Source: an uncultured Alphaproteobacteria bacterium (GTDB lineage Bacteria > Pseudomonadota > Alphaproteobacteria > Rhizobiales > Xanthobacteraceae). Taken from it: DNA of 64,000 nucleotides. This document shows positions 55,438-64,000 of this stretch, piece by piece. A program made the position numbers and the translations under genes. The DNA lies in assembly GCA_963731805.1 (NCBI GenBank), contig CAVSWY010000020.1, positions 709,318 to 773,317 of the forward strand. The letters are read 5' to 3'. The notes beneath the pieces were generated by a model that was given only the letters and a program-made list of their open reading frames with translations, searched no databases and was not told the origin of the DNA. Numbering within the stretch: position 1 is the stretch's first letter; each line of letters opens with the position of its first letter.

Positions 55438-55995
55438 ATGACGCGGGCACTCCTGGCGGGTTTGGCGGGGCTCATTTTCTCCGTCGCGGGCGCTGTCGCG
55501 CCCGGCACGAATTCCGCTTTGGCCCAGTCCGGATACGATCGGCCGGGCGGCGATTATGCCAGTGGCCCGGTCCAGAGCGGCGATCCCGCGGTATGCGCAA
55601 ACCGCTGCGAGCGCGAAAAGAACTGCCGCGCCTGGAGCTTTTCCTATCCCTCTCCGTCAGGCACCCCGGCAATGTGCTTTCTCAAGCGCGAAGTGGCGCC
55701 GCGGACGCAATCGAGCTGCTGCGTATCGGGTGTGCGCGGCGCCGGCGTGATCGAGCCGCGAGCCGGCGCCATCGAATATTCGATCGACCGCTATGGCGGC
55801 GATTACAAGGCATTCGAGACGCCGCCGGATCCCAAGGGCCAAGCTTGCGCCGATGCCTGCCAAGGCGAGAAGCGCTGCCGGGCTTGGACCTATCGCCGGC
55901 CGGGTTACGGCTCACCCGCCGCGCACTGCTTTCTCAAGGAGACGATCAAGCCGCCGCGGCATCGGCCGTGCTGTATTTCGGGCGTGGTGCGGTAG
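55438..55995 (+). CDS. secreted protein with two PAN/Apple-like cysteine-patterned repeats
   Basis: Signal peptide ending ALA-QS. Two copies of R(P/Y)GGDY...C...C..EK.CRAW(S/T)(F/Y)...P....CFLK......CC(V/I)SGV. Confidence 0.65.
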   Translation: MTRALLAGLAGLIFSVAGAVAPGTNSALAQSGYDRPGGDYASGPVQSGDPAVCANRCEREKNCRAWSFSYPSPSGTPAMCFLKREVAPRTQSSCCVSGVRGAGVIEPRAGAIEYSIDRYGGDYKAFETPPDPKGQACADACQGEKRCRAWTYRRPGYGSPAAHCFLKETIKPPRHRPCCISGVVR

Positions 55996-56025
55996 CGCAC
56001 CGAGCTTAGAGGCGATCCGACAAAG

Positions 56026-56766
56026 TTAGTGTACCGCGGAGAAAAACCGCGACAGGCGCAGGTCCGACGGCCAGTCCCACACCGGCCGGCCTTTGGCGGC
56101 AGCCATGTCCCAGGAGCCGACCAGCGCGTCGACGCGCCCGACGAGATCGGAAACCGGCAACAGTCCGACTCCGCCGGCGTTGAGCGGCACCCGGCTGTCG
56201 GCGGAATCGTCGCGGTTGTCGCCCATGACGAACAAGCGGTTCGGCGGCACCGTGACTTCCGGCATATTGTCGAGCATGCCGAACACCTGCTCCTTGAAGA
56301 TGGTGTGCTGACGGCCGCCGGGCAGCGTTTCGGTGAAGCGCGACACCGGCTGCCGGGCGCCGGTCTCGTCTTCGGCAAAGCCCACGCCGTCGGCCTGCAG
56401 TTCGACCGGCGCATCGTTGATCCATAGCCGTCCGTTTTTCATCGCGATGCGGTCGCCGGGCAGACCGACGACGCGCTTGACCCAGATCTGCGAGCGGTTG
56501 CCGGGCCAGCGGAACACCACGATGTCGCCGCGCTGCGGCAGTGCGCCGAGGATGCGCTGGGTGTTGGGCAGCGTGATGAAGATCGGCAGCGAGGCGGAGC
56601 TGTAGCCATACGGATATTTGGTCGCCAACAGCTCGTCGCCGATCTGCAGCGTCGGCTCCATCGAGCCGGACGGCACATAATACGGCTCGGCTATGGCGGT
56701 CTTGCCGGCGATCACGATCAGCACGATGACCACCACGTCAAAGACGCTTTTGAACCAGCCTCTCAT
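56026..56766 (-). CDS. lepB: signal peptidase I
   Basis: PSGSMEPTL (catalytic Ser), GDIVVFRWP, KRVVGLPGD (Lys) and GDNRDDSADSR boxes. Confidence 0.9.
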   Translation of the reverse strand: MRGWFKSVFDVVVIVLIVIAGKTAIAEPYYVPSGSMEPTLQIGDELLATKYPYGYSSASLPIFITLPNTQRILGALPQRGDIVVFRWPGNRSQIWVKRVVGLPGDRIAMKNGRLWINDAPVELQADGVGFAEDETGARQPVSRFTETLPGGRQHTIFKEQVFGMLDNMPEVTVPPNRLFVMGDNRDDSADSRVPLNAGGVGLLPVSDLVGRVDALVGSWDMAAAKGRPVWDWPSDLRLSRFFSAVH

Positions 56767-56807
56767 GCCACGAAATCTCCGCGCAGCTTTGCGCCCAGGT
56801 GATCGGC

Positions 56808-58232
56808 TCAGCCGCCGGTGCCGCCGACGGTGATGCGGTCGATGCGCAGCGTCGGCTGGCCGACGCCAACCGGCACGCCCTGGCCGTTCTTGCCGCAGGT
56901 GCCGATGCCGTGATCGAGCGCGAGATCGTTGCCGACCATGGAGACGCGATGCAAATCGGTCGGGCCGTTGCCGATCAGCATGGCGCCCTTGATCGGCGCG
57001 CCGACTTTGCCGTTCTCGATGCGGTAGGCCTCAGTGCACTGGAACACATATTTGCCCGAGGTGATGTCCACCTGGCCGCCGCCGAAATAGGTGGCATAGA
57101 CGCCGTTCTTGACCGAGGCGATGATCTCGCCGGGATCGCGCGTGCCGGCCGGCATGTAGGTGTTGGTCATGCGCGGCATCGGCACGTGGCCGAAGCTTTC
57201 GCGCCGGCCGTTGCCGGTGGGCTTCATGCCCATCAGCCGCGCGTTTTGCCGGTCCTGCATATAGCCGACCAGAATGCCGTCCTCGATCAGCACGGTGCGG
57301 CTGGTGGGCGTGCCTTCGTCGTCGATCGACAACGAGCCTCGGCGCTGTGACATGGTGCCGTCGTCCACCACGGTGACGCCCTTGGCCGCGACCTGTTGTC
57401 CCATTAACCCGGCGAACGCCGATGTCTTCTTGCGGTTGAAGTCGCCTTCGAGCCCGTGACCGACGGCCTCGTGGAGCATGACGCCGGGCCAGCCCGGCCC
57501 CAGCACGACGTCCATTTCGCCCGCCGGCGCCGGCACCGCGTCGAGATTGACCAGCGCCTGGCGGATGGCGTTGTCGACCGCGCCCTGCCAGGCATTGGTG
57601 GCGAGGAAGCGTTCGTAGCCTTCGCGGCCGCCGTAACCGTCGCTGCCGGTTTCCTGGCGGTCGCCATCGCCGACCACGACCGAAACGGACACCCGCACCA
57701 GCGGCCGCACGTCACGATAGGTCTCGCCGTCGCCGCGCAAAATCTCCACCGCCTGCCAGGTCGCGGCGATGCTCGCCGTCACCTGGCGCACTCGCGGATC
57801 CTTGGCGCGGGCGTAGGCATCGATGGTCTGCAGAAGCTGCGCTTTGGCTTCGAAAGACGGCGTGGCGAGCGGACTTTCGTCGCCGTAAAGCTTCACATTG
57901 GTTCGCGCCGGCGGCTCGGCATAGTGGCCGGCATAGCCGCCCTTGACCGCGCGCACTGCGTCTGCGGCGCGTTCGATTGCCGCCTCCGATACGTCGGAGG
58001 CCTGGGCATAGCCGACCGCCTCGTCTTTCACCGCGCGCAAGCCGAAACCTTGGGAGGTATCGTAAGTCGCCTGTTTCAGCCGCCCGTTGTCGAAGGCCAG
58101 CGCTTCGCTTTGGCGATATTCAAGAAAAAGCTCCCCATCGTCGGCGCCGTCGAGGCCGCGGGAGATGATTTTGGCAAGCCGCGGCCGGTCTAGTCCGGCG
58201 CGGTCGACGAGCGAGATGGGGGTATCGGGCAT
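56808..58232 (-). CDS. tldD: metalloprotease TldD
   Basis: HEAVGHGLEGD zinc motif with full-length TldD similarity. AGGAAA lies upstream of the ATG at 58232. Confidence 0.9.
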   Translation of the reverse strand: MPDTPISLVDRAGLDRPRLAKIISRGLDGADDGELFLEYRQSEALAFDNGRLKQATYDTSQGFGLRAVKDEAVGYAQASDVSEAAIERAADAVRAVKGGYAGHYAEPPARTNVKLYGDESPLATPSFEAKAQLLQTIDAYARAKDPRVRQVTASIAATWQAVEILRGDGETYRDVRPLVRVSVSVVVGDGDRQETGSDGYGGREGYERFLATNAWQGAVDNAIRQALVNLDAVPAPAGEMDVVLGPGWPGVMLHEAVGHGLEGDFNRKKTSAFAGLMGQQVAAKGVTVVDDGTMSQRRGSLSIDDEGTPTSRTVLIEDGILVGYMQDRQNARLMGMKPTGNGRRESFGHVPMPRMTNTYMPAGTRDPGEIIASVKNGVYATYFGGGQVDITSGKYVFQCTEAYRIENGKVGAPIKGAMLIGNGPTDLHRVSMVGNDLALDHGIGTCGKNGQGVPVGVGQPTLRIDRITVGGTGG

Positions 58233-58750
58233 GGCGGCTTTCCTGGTGCGGTCCGCCCTACATAATGCCTTCGCCGTCATCCGGCGAGGGGCGCTTCGCC
58301 GCGCGCCAAAGAAGCAGGTTGAGGTGTCGGTCTCAGGGTCGCGGTGCTGAAGATTTGAGCGCCGTGCGACCGACGGCAGTTTTGTGAAACGCCTCCGCTG
58401 TGGCCATGCCGCAACAGTAAGTTCCCGCCGGGACCGCTAATGTCTGCAGTGCAGCGCGCAACGCGATCGATTTCGGCGCACTTGTGCACGAATATTGGCA
58501 AGAGGCGTCTGCAGGCGAACCGCTCAATCGACAATTCAAGAAAACTCCGGTTGCTGCAGCGCTGGCGCGACCCGGTCGATGGCGTGGTGTACTACATTTA
58601 TCTTGATCACCGCGGCGCATTCCGCGCCGACGGCGGCCGGCTTCGTCGAATACGGCGCCAACGTCATCGGTTCGATCAGTTGCCTGCCGCCGCAGCCGGA
58701 AGAAAAGCGGCCGCCGGCGCCGGCCCAGCGTCATTGAACCAAGCGCGGCC

Positions 58751-59746
58751 TCAATCCCGTTTCGGAATGCCGGCCTTGTCGATCACCGCGCCCCATTTGG
58801 CGATATCGGCCTTCAGCCGCGCGGTCATGTCCTCCGGCGTGCTCCAGCGCATCTCCATGCCCATCGCTTGCGCCTTGGCCTGGATGTCCGGGTCGGGCAT
58901 GACCGCTTTCATCGCGGCGTTGAGCGTGTCGATGACCGGCTTCGGCGTCTTGGCGGGGACCGAGAGCCCGTTCCAACTGGCGACGTCGTAGTCCTTGATG
59001 CCGCTTTCCATGACGGTCGGGACGTTCGGCAGATAAGCGGTGCGCTTTGTGCCGGTTGACGCCAACACCACCATTTTCTGACTGTCGAGGAAGCCGTGGA
59101 CGGCCGCGAAAAATTCGAAGGCGACGTCGACATCGCCGCGCAGCACCGCATTGGCCATGTCCGGCGAGGTGCGGAAGGTGACGACGGTCGCTTTGATGCC
59201 CGTGGTGCTGTTGAACAGCAGAGCGGCGAGGTTCTGCGTGCTGCCGGGAACGATCGTGCCAATATTGAGCTTGCCGGGATTGGCTTGCGCCGCCTTGATC
59301 AGGTCGCCGACCGTATGCAGCGGCGATCCGGACCGCGTCACGATCAATAGGTCGAAGAAAGAGGCGGTCGAGACCGAGGCGAAATCGGTCAAGACGTTGA
59401 ACGGTAGCGACTTGAACAAGGCCGTGGCGATCGCGGTGTTGTTGCCGGTCATCAACAGCGTATAGCCGTCGGGCGCGGCGTCGGCGCCAGCCTTGGCGGC
59501 GACAATCCCGGCCGCTCCCGGCCGGTTCTCGATGACGAATTGCTGCTTCAGCCGGGTCGAGAGCTTGTCGCCCAAAAGCCGCATGCCGACATCGGCGACG
59601 CCGCCGGGCCCGTAGGGCACGATCAGCACTACGGGATGATCCGGATAATGGTTTTCCGCCCGGCCCACCGTTGCAGCCAATAGGGCGATAGCGACCACCG
59701 AGAATGCGGCGCCGATCGCCGCCACGACGCGACCACGTGCGCGCAT
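58751..59746 (-). CDS. Bug/TctC family tripartite tricarboxylate transporter substrate-binding protein
   Basis: Signal peptide followed by YPDHPVVLIVPYGPGGVADVGMRLL. GGGGGAG lies upstream of the ATG at 59746. Confidence 0.85.
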   Translation of the reverse strand: MRARGRVVAAIGAAFSVVAIALLAATVGRAENHYPDHPVVLIVPYGPGGVADVGMRLLGDKLSTRLKQQFVIENRPGAAGIVAAKAGADAAPDGYTLLMTGNNTAIATALFKSLPFNVLTDFASVSTASFFDLLIVTRSGSPLHTVGDLIKAAQANPGKLNIGTIVPGSTQNLAALLFNSTTGIKATVVTFRTSPDMANAVLRGDVDVAFEFFAAVHGFLDSQKMVVLASTGTKRTAYLPNVPTVMESGIKDYDVASWNGLSVPAKTPKPVIDTLNAAMKAVMPDPDIQAKAQAMGMEMRWSTPEDMTARLKADIAKWGAVIDKAGIPKRD

Positions 59747-59817
59747 GAACTCCCCCTGCCGTTTCTTGGCGGTGAAAGTACGCATTGGCGTCGATGCGTC
59801 AATTGTCTGCAGGTGCG

Positions 59818-60366
59818 CTATGGCAGCGCGTCGTAACCTTCGCCGAAACCTTTGAGGCTCATCGGAAAGCCAATGCCTTCCTCGGGCGTCTGGAAAATGA
59901 TGAAGGTCGAGGTTTTGCCGGTGCGCAGCTTATTGATCAGGTTGTCGTCCATGACGACTTCGGCGACGCAGCCGTTGGGCAGGCAGCGCACGAAGCCGGC
60001 GCGGCCGACGTCCTGGTCGTCGATCTTCAGCCCGAGCCCGGATGGCAGCAGCACCCCGAGCGGCGCCACCACGCGCATGAGCCGGCTCTTCTGATCCGAC
60101 GTCTTGAGCACGATGACGGTCAGTCCGACATTGGGCCGGTCTTCCGCCGTCACGCTTTGCATCAGGGCGCATTGCTGGGTCTGGGCGCCGGGCGGGGTGT
60201 CACAGCGAATCTGCCAGTCGCCATGGACCGACTTGACCGCGCCTTGAGCCAAAGCCTCACCAATCAAGGCAGGGCCGCTGAATGCCGCCAGGGCCAGCAT
60301 GAAAGCGATGCCGGCGACGGCGGAGACGAATGGCCGCATCCGCCTGCCGCCATCGAAATTGGCCAT
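59818..60366 (-). CDS. invasion-associated locus B (IalB) family protein
   Basis: Signal peptide, then HGDWQIRCD...QQCALMQ...FVRCLPNGCVAEV, which is the typical IalB pattern. GAGGAA lies 7 nt upstream of the ATG at 60366. Confidence 0.8.
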   Translation of the reverse strand: MANFDGGRRMRPFVSAVAGIAFMLALAAFSGPALIGEALAQGAVKSVHGDWQIRCDTPPGAQTQQCALMQSVTAEDRPNVGLTVIVLKTSDQKSRLMRVVAPLGVLLPSGLGLKIDDQDVGRAGFVRCLPNGCVAEVVMDDNLINKLRTGKTSTFIIFQTPEEGIGFPMSLKGFGEGYDALP

Positions 60367-60841
60367 ATTCATGTTCCTCTGACCAATCGCCAAAAGCCGC
60401 CCCGCGCAGGCTTGCACACCGCGCCAACCCTGACGCGAATCACCCGCACGGCCGGCAGGCCGCGCGAGGCTTGCGTACATGGCGAGCCCGCAGTGTCAAG
60501 TTGATCCAAACCAAGCCATTATGGCTACGCCAAGGTGGACACGGCGTGCTTTCCATCGCCGCGGCGGCGTCCGATTGCCGCTGTCCACGGTCCGGGAAAG
60601 CGCGGATGACGAGTGCATTGCAGCAGCCCCCGATTTGTGGTTTGGAGAAACCGGGATTCCCCTATCCCGCCGATGCCTGCCAAGGACTTGAGAATAGCGG
60701 TGCAAGTCCCGCCGGAAGCAGGCGGCGCCATGCCGTTGCGATCTGTGTGCAACCGGACCTTTGCGCTCTTCGTGGACGGTAATTTGGGCGGTAGACTTGG
60801 GCAGCGTCGGCCAAGATCAGAAACAGGGAGCTAAACGGGAC

Positions 60842-61696
60842 ATGAAAGTGTTCTCACGCCTAACCGCCATCGCGGTGATTGCCGGCGCCTTGCTGGCAAG
60901 CGCGGGGGTGGCGTTTGCCGGCCTCGGCCATCCGTCGCCCTGGCAAATGGATCTGCAGGCCTCGGCCACGCCGGTGATGGATGAGATCTCCGGATTCCAT
61001 TACTTCCTGCTCTGGGTTATTGGGGTGATCTCGGTCTTCGTCCTTGCGCTCCTCCTGATCATCATCGTGCGCTTCAATGCGCGCGCCAACCCGACGCCGA
61101 CACGCACCACCCACAACACGCCGCTCGAAATCATCTGGACCATCGTTCCGGTGATCATCCTGGCGGTGATCGCGGTGCCGTCGTTCCGGCTGCTGTTCGT
61201 CGAGCTCGACGTGCCGCATCCCGATCTCACCATCAAGGCGACCGGCAAGCAGTGGTTCTGGAGCTACGCCTATCCCGATAACGGCAATTTCGAATTCGAC
61301 TCGCTGATGGTCCAGACCAAGGACCTCAAGCCCGGCCAGCCGCGGCTTCTCACCGTCGACAACGAAGTGGTCGTGCCGGTGAACAAGGTCGTGCATGTGC
61401 TGGTGACCGGCGCCGACGTCATCCACTCCTTCACCGTGCCGTCGTTCGGCATCCGCATCGACGCCGTACCCGGCCGCATGAACGAGACTTGGTTTAAGGC
61501 CACCAAGACCGGGATGTTCTACGGCCAGTGCTCGGAACTGTGCGGCAAGGATCACTCCTTCATGCCGATCGCCGTGCATGTGGTGAGCGAGAACGATTTC
61601 AATGCCTGGGTGGCCCAGGCCAAGCAGAAGTTCTCCGCCGAGAATGGCGTGCCGCCGAATACATTCGCGGCGGCAAGCGGACCCTCGTCACGGTGA
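60842..61696 (+). CDS. coxB: cytochrome c oxidase subunit II (aa3-type)
   Basis: Two TM helices plus the CuA site HSFTVPSFG...CSELCGKDHSFM. Confidence 0.9.
   Translation: MKVFSRLTAIAVIAGALLASAGVAFAGLGHPSPWQMDLQASATPVMDEISGFHYFLLWVIGVISVFVLALLLIIIVRFNARANPTPTRTTHNTPLEIIWTIVPVIILAVIAVPSFRLLFVELDVPHPDLTIKATGKQWFWSYAYPDNGNFEFDSLMVQTKDLKPGQPRLLTVDNEVVVPVNKVVHVLVTGADVIHSFTVPSFGIRIDAVPGRMNETWFKATKTGMFYGQCSELCGKDHSFMPIAVHVVSENDFNAWVAQAKQKFSAENGVPPNTFAAASGPSSR

Positions 61697-64000
<2,304 letters not shown>

Overview
This is a 64-kb chromosomal segment from a high-GC alphaproteobacterium. The taxon is an inference from three things: the gene order (infC-rpmI-rplT-pheS-pheT, phoR/pstCAB-phoU-phoB, gcrA, argD-argF-hslO, apaG, metZ, dcd, lepB, tldD, IalB, coxB-ctaD-ctaB), the two Bug/TctC binding proteins, and the nested GAGCATGATC...GATCATGCTC intergenic palindrome. 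Together these look Nitrobacteraceae/Bradyrhizobiaceae-like. I can support about 70 protein-coding genes, one tRNA, one probable riboswitch and a few terminators and operators. I saw no rRNA, CRISPR array or transposase.

The one clear accessory region is a 6.4-kb island integrated into the 3' end of tRNA-Arg(CCG) at 2966..9359. It is bounded by a perfect 17-bp direct repeat and is visibly AT-richer than its flanks. It carries:
- a large tyrosine integrase;
- an orphan 279-aa protein;
- a small, apparently frameshifted membrane protein;
- a FimB/FimE-type recombinase placed head-to-head with a secreted (GPGGGLST)x11 repeat protein, which I flag as a candidate invertible-promoter switch;
- a RepA/AAA_25-like ATPase.

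Other observations outside the island:
- pstC contains a diverged, in-frame 372-bp tandem duplication.
- pstS (+1 frameshift), pheT (in-frame TAA) and an SDR gene (frameshift plus TAA) are interrupted.
- phoB ends in a 4 x 18-bp repeat tail.
- A SAM-II-like riboswitch plus terminator precedes metZ.
- infC uses an ATT start codon.
- A degenerate FtsZ-like protein heads a CoxG/flavoprotein/2Fe-2S operon.
- An OpgC-like acyltransferase is translationally coupled to two SGNH hydrolases.

Many long ORFs in the six-frame track are GC-driven antisense or out-of-frame shadows and were rejected.
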